This document shows, one piece after another, positions 30,255 through 46,654 of a stretch of 64,000 nucleotides of DNA. The DNA comes from the human T2T-CHM13v2.0 reference genome, Homo sapiens: NCBI RefSeq assembly GCF_009914755.1, contig NC_060928.1. One strand, 5' to 3'. The notes beneath the pieces were generated by a model. The model saw only the letters and a list, made by a program, of their open reading frames with translations, ran no database searches and was not told the DNA's origin. The first letter of the stretch is position 1, and each line of letters starts with the position of its first letter. The position numbers and the translations under genes were made by a program.

Positions 30255-30551
30255 GGCTGGGTGCAGTGGCTCACACCTATAATCCCAGCACTTTGGGAGG
30301 CCAAGGCAGGTGGATTGCTTGGAGCCCAGGAGTTCAAGTCCAGCCTGGGAAACATGGCAAAACTCTGTTTCTACAAAAAAATACAAAAATTAGCTGAGTG
30401 TGGTGGCGTGCACCTGTAGTCCTAGCTACTCAGGAGGCTGAGTTGGGAGGATCACTTGAGCCCAGGAGGTCAAGGCTGCAGTGAGCCATGATTGCATCTC
30501 TGCACTCCAGGCTGGGTGAAAGTGAGACCTTGCCTCAAGAAAAAAAAAAAA
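30255..30551 (+). mobile_element. AluJ
   Basis: J diagnostics gaggatcacttgagcccaggaggtcaaggctgcagtgagccatgat. Confidence 0.92.
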
Positions 30552-30661
30552 GGAAGATAAGAATTGCCTTGAACTCTCAAACAAATGATCAGTAAGACTT
30601 AAAATAGTCTAGACCTGGATTGCAAAAAAAGGCAACAATCCCAAGTTAGTATTTTACTTAC

Positions 30662-30741
30662 CCTTCCTTATGTTTAAAGTGCTTAAAAGCTAAGTTTAGA
30701 ACTTCATGAACTAAGGGATCGGGTACAGGATGAACAGGAAT
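30662..30741 (-). CDS. FRYL: FRYL coding exon 5 (IPVHPVPDPLVHEVLNLAFKHFKHKE-G, 80 nt)
   Basis: aaattctag| acceptor, AGG|gtaagt donor, phase 0/2. Confidence 0.95.
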
Positions 30742-31466
30742 CTAGAATTTAAAAAAATTATCAAGTAAGAGTTAAATTATTGGTTTTTTATGAGTATTCT
30801 CATCAATTCAACTAATTAAATCAATAATCAATCTTAATGTTCATGGGATTATTACTAATCTGTCAATCTTCCTTTTTTCTGAGAATCTCGTTTTCTCTAA
30901 GAATTTGGTTACTCATCAAATTTCACAAGCTCTAAATTTAAGAATATTAGCTTCATAATCACAAATCACTGAACTATGGACTATGCAGTGGGAAAAGCAA
31001 TAGTTGTTATTACTGCTTAATATTTACTGTCAGCAAACTAAAAAGACATGTACACCTCCCTGTAACACTTACAGAAAAGCACCTTTGTAATGAGTCAGCC
31101 CTACATTTAATATAACTCAATTTTGAACTATCATGAAAATGGTCACAAGGGACACTATCTTTTCTAACAATCTTAAACTATTTATAGACTTATTATTAAA
31201 AACCCGACATTTAAATAGTCTCATTTCAACTCTAAAAGAGTATATGCTAGTTCCTATTATGTAAAACAAATTTTAAACATTTAAACCAGTAATAAAAGCC
31301 CTACTCCTCCACCACATATAATCACTATTAACAACTTCATGTACATCCTTCCAGACTTTTTCCTACACATCCTCACATGCATGCGTGCATTCCTTAGTTT
31401 TACTTAACCAAATAATGTATCTTTCCATGTCAGTATTTAGAGCGCCTCCTTATACTTTCTAACAGC

Positions 31467-31805
31467 CACTCAATATGTATATATCACAATTTGATACGTA
31501 TATATAAACCATATACTCAATATGTATACCTATATACATATTGAAATATGTATATATAGTATATATGTATATATTGTATATATACATATATTATATTATA
31601 TATTATATACATATATTATATACATATATATTATATACATATATACATGTATTATATATTGTATATATACATATATTATATATATGTTCAATATATTGTA
31701 TATATTGAAATATGTATATATGTATATATGTATACACTCAATATGTATACATATATACACTCAATATGTATATATCACAATTTGATATGTATATATCACA
31801 ATTTG
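31467..31805. repeat. (TA)n-rich low-complexity tract bracketed by 30-bp direct repeats
   Basis: cactcaatatgtatatatcacaatttgata at 31467-31496 and 31758-31787. Confidence 0.85.
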
Positions 31806-31985
31806 AGGAGCCCCCTATTAATGAACATTTCAATTCAGATTTTCAATATTCAAGTAGTACTACAATAAACATCTTGTGCATTTAACATTATATACTTGTA
31901 GAGTTCCACAGGAAAGACTCTGAAAGAAGGAACTGCTGGGTTAAAGAGTTTACAAGTCATTGCTAACACATATTCTAGTTCTACA

Positions 31986-32366
31986 CAGTCATCCTTCAGT
32001 ATATATGGTGCATTGGTTCCAGGACCCCCGTGATACCAAAATCTGCAGATGCTCAAGTTCCTGATATAAAATGGTGTAGTATTTGCATATAACACTACAT
32101 ACATCCTCCCGTACACTTTAAATCATCTCTATCTAGATTACTTATAGTATGTAACACAATGTAAATGTTACATAAATAGTTGTTATACTGTATTTCCTAT
32201 TATTTTTTATTATTGTATTGTTACTTTTATTTATATATATTGTTTTAATTTTTAATTTTTGTGTGTACCTACCAGATGTATATATTTATGGGGTATTTTT
32301 ATATTTTTGATCCAAGGTTGGCTGAATTCATGGATATAGAACTCACAGATATGAAGGCCCTGACTG
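31986..32366 (+). mobile_element. MER2 (Tigger-derived MITE)
   Basis: cagtc...gactg termini; ggttccaggaccccc...gatgctcaagttcctgatataaaatgg. Confidence 0.8.
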
Positions 32367-32877
32367 TGTGGGTCTATTTTTGAGCTCTCCATTTTGTTCT
32401 ATCAATCAATTTGTATGTGTCTATACCAAAATCATACCATCTTTTTAATTACTAAAGCTTAATAATAAGTTCTCATATCTAGTAGTGCAGGTCCTCTCCT
32501 TACTTTTCTTCAGAGATAGCTTGGCTATTCTTGGCCCATTGTTCTTCCATATTCCATCTAGAGTCACCTTTTCAAGTTCTATAAAAACTGTTAGGATTTT
32601 TATTAGAGCTGCAATGAATCTATAAAACAATTTGAAGTAACTGTATTTTTATATATTTACATGAAATAACTTTTAGTAATATTTTCTAATTTTCTGGTTT
32701 TGTGCTTTGACAAAGAGATGCTTGATTTCACTAATCATAAGGAGAATGAAAATCTTCAAGATATCATTTTATACCTACTTGATGGGAAAAAGATTAAGTC
32801 TGAAAATACCAAATAGTAGAGAGAATGTAAAAAAGTGAGGTTCTGTATATATTGTTGCAAAGCAGCATACAATCTAG

Positions 32878-33323
32878 TGAAGGAGATCAGGTATGTCACC
32901 CCACAATATATTATTGGCATGCAGATTATTTTGAGCTAAAGGCAATTGAGAAACAGCAGATGCAGGAACAGTTTCCTCTACAATCCTTACTAAATAACCA
33001 TTACATTCCATTAGTTTTCTGCATATATTTACCTTCCCACAATTTTATTGTTTCTAGAAGCCCAAACCTTTTTCCTTTGTCTTGTCACTACTCTACAACT
33101 TATCACTCTTTGTTAAAATGGTATATATTCCAGTCTGTACCTGAATCTTTGAAAAAAAAAAAGTGTATTAATTCTTGGATCTTTGCATATTTTCTTCGAG
33201 GCATCCATGTGCATTCGTAATAAACCTTTTGACCCTGGTAATCTTTCTCTTGTCAGTTCAGTTTGTAGAGCCCCAGGCGCTAAATCCAAGAAGGCAGAGC
33301 AAAAAGTTTTTTCCTCCCCTATA
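32878..33323 (+). mobile_element. MER34-family ERV1 LTR
   Basis: tgaaggagatcagg...attattttgagctaaaggcaattgagaaacagcagatgcagg; ends ttcctccccta. Confidence 0.65.
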
Positions 33324-33396
33324 CAGTAATTCTTGTGTATCTACGGTTTTGCTTTCTGTGGTTTACCCAAGGTCAACCATGGTTTGAAAATACTAA

Positions 33397-33807
<411 letters not shown>

Positions 33808-33911
33808 AACTGTTCTATTTTATTATTAGTTATTGTTGTAAATCTTTTACTGTGCCTGGTTTATGAATTAAACTTTATTATGAGTATGTATGTATATGAA
33901 GAAACATAATA

Positions 33912-34255
33912 CAGGCTTAGTATCCCCTATTTGAAATGCTTGGGACCAGAAGTGTTTTGGATTTCTGATTTTCTTAAATTTTGGAATATTCACATATACA
34001 TAATGAACTATCTTGGGGATAAGACCCAAATCTAATCACAAAATGTTGTTTGTTTCATATACACCTTATACACATAGCTTGAAGGTAATTTTATAAAATA
34101 TGTTAAATAATTTTGTGCATGAAACAAAGTTTTGACTGTGTTTGACTGCAACCCATCACATGAGGTCAGGTGTATAATTTTCCACTTGTAGTGTCATGTT
34201 GGTGCTCAAAAAGTTTTGGATTTGGGGACATTTCAGATTAGGGATGCTCAACCTG
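33912..34255 (+). mobile_element. Tigger4 (MER46/Zombi) MITE
   Basis: TIRs caggcttagtatccc / gggatgctcaacctg with TA target duplication on both sides. Confidence 0.85.
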
Positions 34256-34525
34256 TATATACAGGGTTTGATATTATCCATAATATCAGGTACCAACTAG
34301 GAGTGCTGGAACATATCCCCTGAGAATAAAGGGAGACTACTATATTTGCTTCAGTTATGACTGAAGTTTAACAATGACAGCTAACGACAACACTCAGCCA
34401 TGCTATGTGCTCTTTGTTGCCACCCTACTACCACCATCAACATTTTCTATGTTTATAACACTTGTTAACAGTCTTACAAGACACAGGTATACCTCCTACT
34501 TTACAGATGAGGGAAATGAAGTTCA

Positions 34526-34940
<415 letters not shown>

Positions 34941-35358
34941 TTACTGCCAGGAAAGAAAGAGAAACACAGAGAAGTAAAAGAAGAAATACATCTTATCTTT
35001 AATTTTAATTAAAAATACATAAGTTCTGGTAAGACAGAGTTCGAGGTGTGATAAAAAATACATAAGTTCTAAAAATTTTACTTTAAGAATGAACATTATC
35101 AGAACACAGACATCCTGAAAGTCCCTATTTCTCCCCTTATTTTCAGTAGTTTAAAAAAAAAATTCTCAAACTGAATTTCCAAAGAAGAAAGAGAAAAGAA
35201 TCTCATTTCGGGTCACAAAGAAAACGTTCTACTTTCATGGAGTAATATCTCCATCTTTAGCAACAAGAATTTCTAAGATCTTGCCATCGGTGTGATTTTA
35301 GAAGCGGCTCTAATTCTACTTCAATATGCAAGAAAATCTAGTAGAAACTATAGTAACT

Positions 35359-36035
<677 letters not shown>

Positions 36036-36689
36036 AGTTTAATGCTTTTATCACATTATGAAAGTAAAGAACAAAAGACTAGCTTAAGATAGTGTGAAGT
36101 TGGACTAGCCCAATCATTAGCTAAATGACCAATTCTCAGCACCAAGGAGTGTAAACATCACACATTAGCAGAATGACAAGTCACCTCCCATGTGGACCTT
36201 TGGGACTGCTCATCAATATCTAAAATGCTATTAAGTCTGAAAATGCAAATAATCTACTCCGTATACATAAAAGATATCATCACCTTCTGATACTTCACAA
36301 TAATATGAATAAAACCAAGCCAAGAGCTTGAAATGGCTCACAAACTAGGTTTCTCAACTTCTTGTTTGTTTTAAAGAATGAACATATGACTAAAATTCAA
36401 TATTAAAAAGAGTATTGCTTCAAACTTTATAAATGTGATATTGCTGTTTAAACATGCTTTTATCATGGATCTAAGCCCTTTGGTACAAACATACTATTTT
36501 AGTTGGGCATTACCCCAAATTTATTCTAATGACTTTTTTAGAAAAGCAAAATTAGTCCTCTATTATCTGGAATTAATTTTGTTTCCAAGGTGAATCCCAC
36601 TACTTAATTTCATCATATTTACATTAGCTCTTCGGCTAACTTGTTACAATGAAAAGTTTCATTCAATTTTATAAAATACTGGCCATTTC

Positions 36690-37140
36690 CACTATTCACA
36701 ATAGCAAAGACTTGGAACCAACCCAAAAGCCCATCAATGATAAACTGGAGAAAGAAAATGTGGCACATATACACCATGGAATACTCTGCAGCCATAAAAA
36801 AGGATGAGTTCATGTCCTTTGCAGGGACATGGATGAAGCTGGAAATCATCATTCTCAGCAAACTAACACAAGAACAGAAAACCAAACACTGCAAATTCTC
36901 ACTCATAAACGGGAGTTGAACAATGAGAACACATGGACACAGGGAGGGGAAGGAACATCACACACTGGGGCCTCTCGGCGGGTGGGGAGCTAGGGGAGGG
37001 ACGGCATTAGGAGAAATACCTAATGTAGCTGATGGGTTGATGGGTGCGGCAAACCATCATGGCACCTGTATACCTATGTAAAAAACCTGCATGTGCTGCA
37101 CATGTACCCCAGCACTTAAAGTATAATAATAAAAAAAAAA
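36690..37140 (+). mobile_element. 5'-truncated L1PA (about PA7-8) 3' end
   Basis: ORF2 C-terminus (MWHIYTMEYSAAIKKDEFMSFAGTWMKLE), G-rich 3' UTR, polyA, 17-bp TSD aaaatactggccatttc. Confidence 0.92.
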
Positions 37141-38257
37141 ATACTGGCCATTTCACCTAATGTATCACATATTTTACCAATGAGAATTAAGTTTATTTTT
37201 ATCATTAAAGAGAAAATTTGGAGTAAAATCAATGAATTTGCTTTATAATCTTCAGCAAATCACTACAATTAAGAACATTTCTTCACCTGTAAAGTGAAAA
37301 TAATAGATAATATGTATTGAGGACTTTCCATGCATTAGGCGTTATTATATTTAATTCTTATGATTCTACAAAAATGATATCACACATTTTTATAGAGGAA
37401 GGAAGAGTCAGGGATAATAACTTGCCCAAAGTTACAAAGCAAGCAAGAGAGCTGGCATATTAATAGTACTTGCCATGGCCATCTCCCAGGGTTTATTACA
37501 ATGATCAGTTGGCACAAAAGAGATAGAGTCCTTCATACATTTTGAAGAGTTCCAAACGTGTGATTATTACAGACAAAACAAATTATTCAAGATACAAATA
37601 ATTTCTAATACATGAGGTCAAAGTCTAACCTATAAGGAATATTTTACTCGTCAAGACTGAAACAACCATTTATCAACACTTCAATCCTCTGTAGACTGTG
37701 TGCCTCATCACAATAAACCTGAATCACATTTTAATATAGGTGTATTATATGGGGCAAAAGTAAAAGTCCTATTAAATTGTAGATATATTACATTGTTTAC
37801 TCTCTGGATCTATTAAACCTCATGTTATTCTGACAGAAGAAAATTGGGTTAGTTAGTGGTGATATTTCAGCAAGCTCTATTGATTTTTACATCGTTTTCT
37901 CTAGTTTTATTAGAGAAGCTACAAAGACTTGCCTTTTACCAGCGGGAATAATCCCTACATAGGATTTTAGATGAATAAAGTGTATCTATGTTCTTGGTGA
38001 GATACATATAAATGTATATATTTTTTGATGAGTGCATTTAAATTAGCGTATGGGGATAATAGTAACAGAGGGGAAGAAGTAAGTAGAAAGGATACTATAG
38101 GTTGGAATAATATGGTGACAGATCCAAAGACAAAGATTAGCTATCAAGGCCACTGTATTTCTTTTTCACTTTCAGTCCATGTGAACCATGGGTCAGAAAT
38201 GATTTTGTGCAGTGCAGTGAATGTGAACAATGAGTCCACCAAAGAAAAAAAAAAAGA

Positions 38258-38470
38258 TTTTTTTTTTTTTTTTAAAGAGACAGGGTCTTGCACTGTCACC
38301 CAGGCTGGAGTACAGTGGTGCAGTCATAGCTAACTGTAACCTCAAATCCCTAGGCTCAGGTGATCCTCCTGCCTCAGCCTCCAGAGTAGCTATGCCTACA
38401 GGCACATACCACCACACCCAGATAATTTTTTAATTTTTTTATATTTTGTAGAGATGGGGTCCCCACTACT
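38258..38470 (-). mobile_element. AluJ, partial
   Basis: Reverse right arm plus linker; J diagnostics. Confidence 0.85.
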
Positions 38471-40095
38471 AAAAAAAGTGTTATGTTTATAGGTCTTTTT
38501 TTTTCTTTTTTTTCCCCTACATGAAGACCTATCTGGACTGTGTTAAAAGAGGAGGAGGAGGGCTACAAAGGCAACAAGGAGGGGAAGAGGACAGGGAGGA
38601 TGAGGGGGAAGAGATGGGAAAAATGCCTCCACAGGGTTGCCTGTGAATTGTAGTTCTGAAGCCAGTGCAATTGGGCAACTTTAGGATGAGGAGCGAGACT
38701 GACATCTAAGAAAAGGATGCCATGGGAAATGAACGAAGGAGGAAGGCACAATGGGGCCAGGTCACTGGGGTTCCTGAATGCTAATGTAGGGAGTCTGCCA
38801 TTTCTCTGGCTGGAGGAAGAAACCCTATACTGTTTAAGCAAAAAAGTACAAATACTGGTTACCAATCCACTTAAATGAAATACATTTAGCACACAAGATA
38901 CACCAGGGATAAATCACAATGAGCAGTAGTCAGAGTCCATTGCTGGGCTGTGGCCATATCCAGTCCTTAGCTCTTCCTATCCTAGTGACTGCTGCCTTAA
39001 GGTCTTAGTATCTCAGTTAAACCAAGAGATCACAGAAGTCAAATTTGGCTTGTTAGCACAACTCCCAGAGGAGATTTCTTTCCTACCTCTACCAAAAAAC
39101 GTTTATGAAATGCATATATTAAAGTGATTTAACCTTTAATTAACTCTTCTGTTTTACATATTTAAAATTATGTTTATTTGCAGATTTCAGAGTACCAAAG
39201 AACTGTCTTTTCATATTCCTTGTAAAAATAAAAGCTAAATAAAACTGATTATATAATTCAAGTACTTTTATACTATGAGAAAAACAGACTGTCAATTAAT
39301 TTTATATCTTGTATTTGCTGTTTGTCACATATTCCTTTCTATGTAACAAAAACAAAACTCCCTGTCCAAATGTGTCATATCCAAAATATGACTCTGACCT
39401 TTAGGCTTCCTAACTTGTTTCAAAAGAATACAATGTTCGTGCCTGGAAATACATGGATCATCCTTGAATGATATAACTTTAAAGACCATGATCTTTAAAA
39501 AAAAAAAAAAAAAAGCTTTCAAATTCAGCACAGGCATTTATACTGATCTGGAGTAATAAAAATATTAAGACTATACCTGACACTATATTATATATTCATA
39601 TCTTTACTGTGTATCTATCCCATTCAAGTGCAAGCTCATGAGTTTATTGCCTAAAACAGTGCCAGCACACAGTAGGCATTCTAATATTCATTGAATGAAT
39701 AAACATTCCTAACTTATTATCTGAAGTATTCTCACTTGACTGAAAAACATTTGCACATGACAATTCAGTACCCTTATCAAATCACCCCATGCCTCTACTA
39801 AAAGTGCACAATTATTACATGTTGGAATGCAGGCTTGGGGGCTTAGAGGAGAAATAAAGTGGAATAAGGGACTGAAGTAGCTGAATGGCAGGCAAACTAC
39901 ATTTACAGCTAAAAGTCAATATTAACACAATTTCCATTCAGCTCCATTTTGCTAACAAGATTTTATATCTTGGATAAGCATACAAAGGTAAAAAATAGAG
40001 GAGATAACAGATAGGTACAGGGCAGGAAAGCCCCAGGCAACTGAAAGAAGTATAATGAAATTACAGGAATTTAATTTATGTGGGCTAAAATTCTA

Positions 40096-40323
<228 letters not shown>

Positions 40324-40409
40324 TTAAAAATACCTGTTAGTTAGTAGCTCATGTCGCTTACTGTTTTCCTACTATGTAAAATGTGCTACAGCAATTGTTA
40401 ATATGAAGC

Positions 40410-40706
40410 TTTTTGTTTTTTATTTTTGTCTTTTTGGTTTGAGACAGGGTCTCGTTCTGTCACCCAGGCTGGAGTGCAATGCTGCAAACATGGCCCACCG
40501 CAGCTTCAACCTCCTGGGTTCATGTGATCCTCCCACCCCAAGTAGCTAGACTACAGGCAAGCGCCACCATGCCCAGCTAATTTTATTTTTTCTAGAGAAG
40601 GGATCTCCCTATATTGCCCAGACTGGTCTCAAATTCCTGGGTTCAAGTGATCCTCCTGCCTGAGCCTCCTAAAGCAGATTACAAGCATAAGTCACAGTGC
40701 CTGGTC
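40410..40706 (-). mobile_element. AluJ
   Basis: Reverse degenerate Alu; TSD tgaagctttt. Confidence 0.88.
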
Positions 40707-41546
40707 TGAAGCTTTTTAATAATCCAACATATGCAAAAACATGTTTTTATGTTCTTTCCCTTTTTATATACGGGGTGTTTATTCAGAGTTCACTATTATA
40801 TCTGTTAGCATTTAAACTTAACCTAAAAGAATTAGTAAGAAGAAGAAAAGTATTTTAAATTTCATTTAGAAAATGTAGCATTGTTCCATATTTGATTACT
40901 AGTATTTTGTTAAGAACTGAAACAAAAGTATTAACTTTTCAACATGAAAATACAGTACAAGGTATCCTTCTCACAAATTTAAGTTGAAAAATCACAAGTG
41001 GCATCTACTGAAGTCCAACACTAAACCATGGACAATCACCTGAACACACGTGGCTCTTACATGCATGACAAGATCATCCTGGGAAATTTGAAGGAGAAGA
41101 AAACAAGTTCTAGGAATTGAGCTCCAAGAACAGTATCATAGTACTATTATAACACAGGGTTTTGGCAGTCTTCCTGTATTACAATAATTGCCTCCCTTCA
41201 TAAACCATATGAACAGGAACTTCTTTGAATATTTTCTTAACTTTATGACTATTAAAAGCTCCTCACTGAACTGCTGAAATGGCACTCCTAAATAGGTTTT
41301 TGTATTACTAATTTTTGCATGATACCCAGTATGAGTACTGTAGGGCTACATCTAGTTTAACTGGTACCTTCTCTTGATTTACAGTTTATGTGTGAACTAT
41401 CCTTCTCCCTTACTACCATCTTTGTAACAAAAGTAATCAACGCAGTTTGCTTAGGAATCAAACAATAACAACCTTCAGTTGATAATATCACCCCTTCATT
41501 GGAAGTGTGTTAATTCCAGGTGAAACAGTGTAAAATAAAGCACTTA

Positions 41547-41750
<204 letters not shown>

Positions 41751-43274
41751 CTATTAGCTATCATTTAGAAATGAATAAACACAGTAACTCAATGCAATAA
41801 ATGTGCTTTAAAATTAAAGCAAGGGTCAAGGGTTTAGCCAAGTAATAAAGTTGGCTAAGTTTCACCCACTATTAAACTTTATCCAAATCCACGTGGTTTA
41901 GCTCAATGGCTTTCAACCTTTTCCCTGCCTCCATATGCCACTCGCACATGTAAAAACATGCCCATTAGTAACATCCCTGATTAAATACACAGATATCTTT
42001 GGGGGAAGCATTACAAATAACATGTACTTTCTGCCCTGGCAACTCCTATGTGTTCATGTGAACAAATGATTCTAAAATATTGCCACTACATGGATGAAAA
42101 GACAGAAACAAAGACTACATTATGTAAGAACTGTGGGGAAAGCTCCAATTTACTATGCTATGACAAAGAGGAGAATTATAATTACTCTGCTATCTGCAAA
42201 TTAGCATGTTAGAAACATGTAAACAGTGTGTAAGGCTTAGACTACATAAAAGGACAACATAAATGATAAGTGTACTGTGATGAACAAATGTTACTAAATT
42301 TGGGGCATTCTTGAAATGATCTGAATTCTAGGTAAACATCACAGATTCTTTTCATGAATGAATCCAACTTGTCTGCACAGGCTACCATCAGCAGTCCCTA
42401 AGGTCACTCTTTACCTTGAGGATCCCAAGAACAATTTTCTCTCTTCACAAAAATTTCTGTATGTGATTCAACCCATTTCTCATAAAATTAATATTCTGAA
42501 ATCAGTATATAATTAAATATGCTTCACTTTGTTAACTTATTTTAAAAAGTATGGGTTGCAGGATATTCAAGGTCTCTTTTAGTTCCATGACTAGAGCAGG
42601 AGTTAGTTATTGAAGAAGATAAATTGATACCTCTGTAAATTGAACATTTAATTTTCCTGTTATTTCATATTCTGCATAAAACTTCATCCAGAAAAAAGAA
42701 TGAAACAGTTTATTTGATTCTGTTGGCTGTTCTCATTTTCATTACTTGTACTCTCCTTTAATAATCCTTTTATTGTACATTATCATAATTTGACAGGTAA
42801 ATAGTTTCTAATACAGAAAACTAAGGTATAAACAAGGTTCTAATTTTATTTAACCATACTTTTAAAAAACCTATATTTCATTAACAATGAACACTATCAC
42901 TCAGAAGAAATCCCTTGCAATATCTAAAGAAGGAACAATAAAAACCCATCAACTATTGTAAATAAATACAAAACAGTTTATACCACACAGAGCTTTTTAT
43001 TGTGAGCACCCTTACAAAAAAAAATCAAGCTATGAGGCACAATCATTTATAGTTTATTAATCATTTACAATAAAAATGGAAATTGTCCTTAAAATGTTGT
43101 TTAATCAGATTTCAAATCCTGATTATGGATTGATTAGTGACATGGATTCAAGATGTGAATAATCTAAATAACTTTTGTAGTGGCATGAGACTTGAAAAGC
43201 ACTGTATAAGGTGATCTTATTATAGTCTTATTGTAACAGAGGTCTTACTGCCCTATTTATGGTTTCTTCTTAGA

Positions 43275-43435
43275 CCAGTGGCTATTTACTAAATGTATGT
43301 ATCAGAATCACCTAGGAAGCTGTTGTACATACAGGGGCCAGAGCACCACCCTCAGTGATTCTGCTTTGGCAGAACTGGAGTGGATCCAGGAACACAGTAT
43401 TTTGGTAAGTCTCCACTAAGTAATTCTAACCACTC
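43275..43435. mobile_element. MER5-like hAT-Charlie MITE
   Basis: cagtggc...atcagaatcacctaggaagc...gattctgc...taattctaaccact. Confidence 0.55.
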
Positions 43436-44034
43436 TTCTTTATTTAGTCAATTAGCCTGATATGAACATTAAACTCTATTTCTGAGATATATAATTTTGG
43501 GTAAAGTGTCCCAGGAGTACTAGATAGTAAAGAAAGCTAATTTAAATTACTGGTTTTTAAAAATAACCACCATATATTTAAATACTTATAACAAAATTGA
43601 TCCAACATTTAATCCAAGCAAGAGGAAGAATTAGCATTAGAAGATCAGCACAAGAGTTGTTAGACACCGGCATTCTACATGCAGATTGAGAGCCCCACAG
43701 AAAAATAAATAAATGTTAAAAGGTAAAATATTATTATGTAAAAAGTGTGGCAATTGATACAGAAGGAAAGACTGAGGGATGTAACTGAAAATGAAAAATG
43801 TGAAAGGTACATTAAAGAGATTAACAATGAAAAGCTGTAAAATGCTAAATGAAGTGAAACTAATCACAGCTCATTATACTACTTATTTAAAAAAACTATC
43901 AAATCTAGAATGAATTAAGCATACAAGGATATATAGAAATTAAGGAATTCCTTAATATTGAATACATTTGGGCCAGACTATTAGGATGAACACTATTTCC
44001 AGGGGAAAAAAAAATTCTCCCAAAATTGTCATAC

Positions 44035-44088
44035 CTGATCAAACTGAAGATCTTCACCCCTCTGAAGAGATCTGGACAATAGCTTCTC
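44035..44088 (-). CDS. FRYL: FRYL coding exon 2 (EKLLSRSLQRGEDLQFDQ, 54 nt)
   Basis: T12-aatcatag| acceptor, CAG|gtatga donor, phase 0/0, continues frame. Confidence 0.95.
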
Positions 44089-45571
44089 CTATGATTAAAA
44101 AAAAAAAACATTAAAAATAAAAATAAAGCACAAATATAAAACATTAGAAATCTTCTACATAATAAACAGTTTAGATTTGTGCGTTTGGTTTTGCTCGTTT
44201 TCACTTGTTACTAGATTGTTTTAAAGAAAGATAAGCCTCCTCTTTGCCCAAGGTCACATGGTTAATTTAAGTGTGGCTCCAGAGGCAAGGCTCTCACTGT
44301 GATACTCTCCATACCAAAGAAAGTGGTTGTGCTCATCATCTCCTTTTGTAACAAGTTTAAGTTTGATAGTTCTTAGATTACAGACTTAAAGTTCAACATA
44401 GGTTTTGTTTAGATTCAAGTTCAAAAGTCAACAGTATGTGTTCTTTCTTTCATTCATTCAAGAGTTTACTGAAAAGCAGCCTAGTACAGAGATTATCAGT
44501 AGCCAGAGGGCCTTGGTGTGACCTCCAACCTGACTACCACGAAGTGAATGACCATAGGCTGATGCCTTATGGTCTCTGTGCTTCAGTTTTCTTATCTGAA
44601 AAAACAAGGCGGTTGTCAAATACTGGTATCAGCAATATGCCTATTCTGTTTAAAAGCTTATAGCTTTTAAATATCTGTTCAATACTTAACCTCACTCGTA
44701 AGAGAAATATAAGTTAAAAAAAAAACAAAGAAATACTTTGGGTATAATATATTGTATATACACATTCACTTACATTGGCTAGTAATATAAAATACCTCTT
44801 TTATATGTATGTAAAACTATATTCTGTATGTATATGTAAAAGAACCATGTGTTTACCAGTGGGGAGAGAAATTTGATAGTTAGAAAAAGAGGTAAAAGTT
44901 GGGGCCTGAGGATGGAAAGTTGTTACTGCATAAACTTCTGTGCCAGTTGAACTTGCTTGGTATCACAGAAGCCAAGAAGAAAGAGTATTTCATTAAAAAT
45001 AAACAGTATATTGCCAGTACAATACTTTCAGGAGGTAACCTTCCAGTATGACTGCTTCTTATTAATTTAACTGATATCAGGAGAGGGTTCTGATTTAGTG
45101 GTATATCTTGCTTCAGCACAGAACAATCTCTCCTATCACATACCAGAATATTTTTTTTAACTTTCCATCTGCTGATTTTTTTACTGAACAAACAAATATT
45201 GAGTTCCTTCTATGGGCAAGTAATATCTACAAAACACAGAAGACGTGGTGGGACTCACTGTGGAAAGCTAAGACCCTCTATCCTTCAACCACTGAGTCCA
45301 GGGGGCATAATAGATACTAAAGTCTCTCTACCATCTCTCATCTGCATATGTACTCATTCTTGCTTGTATGAAGAAATGCCCAAAAGGGGTCAGTCTAGAT
45401 CACTGTCTAAAATTAGTATAGAAAGATCACCATTGGTACATAAAGAGGCTTCCCCCAGTAGAAAACAGGAGACTGAAGAAATGGACTATGATGCTATCTT
45501 GCAATGGGTTGACAGAAAGTGGGAGTAAAGAAATTCTTGGACAAACAAAAGTTAAGATGGACACTGGATAT

Positions 45572-46137
45572 TGTAATGTTAACTTTACATGTCAACTGGA
45601 CTGGGCCATGGGGTTCCCAGATATTTGATTAAACATTATTCTGGATGTGTCTGTGAGAGTATCTGTGGATGAGATTAACATGTGAATCAGGAGCCTGAGT
45701 AAAGCAGATTGCCTTCCCCTATGTGGGTAGGTTTCATCCAGTCAGCTGAAGGCCTGAACAGAACAAAAGAGGTGACCTTCCCATAAGTAAGAGGGAACTC
45801 CTCCTGCCTGACCGACTTGAGCTAGGACATCGGTCTTTCTCTGCCTACAGATTCAAAGTGAAACATCGGTTCTTCTTGGGTTTCGAATGTGCTGGCTTTC
45901 AGACTAGAACTTATACCATGGGCTCTCCTGGTTCTCAAGCCTTCAAATTCAGACTGGAACTCCACCATTGTTTCTCTTGGGTCCCCTGCTTTCTGACTGC
46001 AGATTTTGGGACTTCTGAGCCTCTGAAATCATATGAGCCAATTCCTTGTTATCTATAATAAATCAATCTCTCTTTCTACATACATACAAACACACACCCT
46101 ATTGGTTCCATTTCTCTGGAGAACCCTGAACAATACA
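45572..46137 (+). mobile_element. MLT2 (ERVL) solo LTR
   Basis: tgtaatgttaactttacatgtcaactggactgggcc...tctctggagaaccctgaacaataca; TG...CA ends. Confidence 0.85.
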
Positions 46138-46319
46138 AACATAATTTCTAATTTAATCTCCTCTTTGACCCAAGAAAATAATATGTCCCAGGGAAAAAAT
46201 GTATACACATTTGCAAAGAGGTGTATAGAAGGACATTCACTATCAATGGAAAAAATGTGAAGCAACGTCAATGTACAACAATAAAACTTTGGGTCAGTAA
46301 GTCATGGTATATTCTTATG

Positions 46320-46654
46320 CAGTTGGCCTTCCATATCCTTGAGTTATGCATTCATGGATTCAACCAACCTTGGATCAAAAGCAGTAAAAAATAAAATAAA
46401 ACTGCATCTGTACTGAACATGTACAGACTTGTGTCATTATTCCCTAAACAATATAGTATAGCAACTATTTCTATAGCATTTACATTGCATTATATCTTAC
46501 AAGCAATCCAGAGATGATTTAAAGTATACAGGAGGATGTGCATAGGTTATATGCAAATACCACGCCATGTTATATAAGGGACTTGACCATTCATGAATTT
46601 TGATATCCAAGGGAGGTCTTGGCACAATCCCCCATGGATACCAAAGGACAACTG
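46320..46654 (-). mobile_element. MER2 MITE
   Basis: TIRs cagttggcc / ggacaactg; reverse orientation relative to the copy at 31986. Confidence 0.8.

Noticed and set aside
31522-31868. Tyr/Ile-rich ORFs
   Set aside because: Artefact of the TA low-complexity tract
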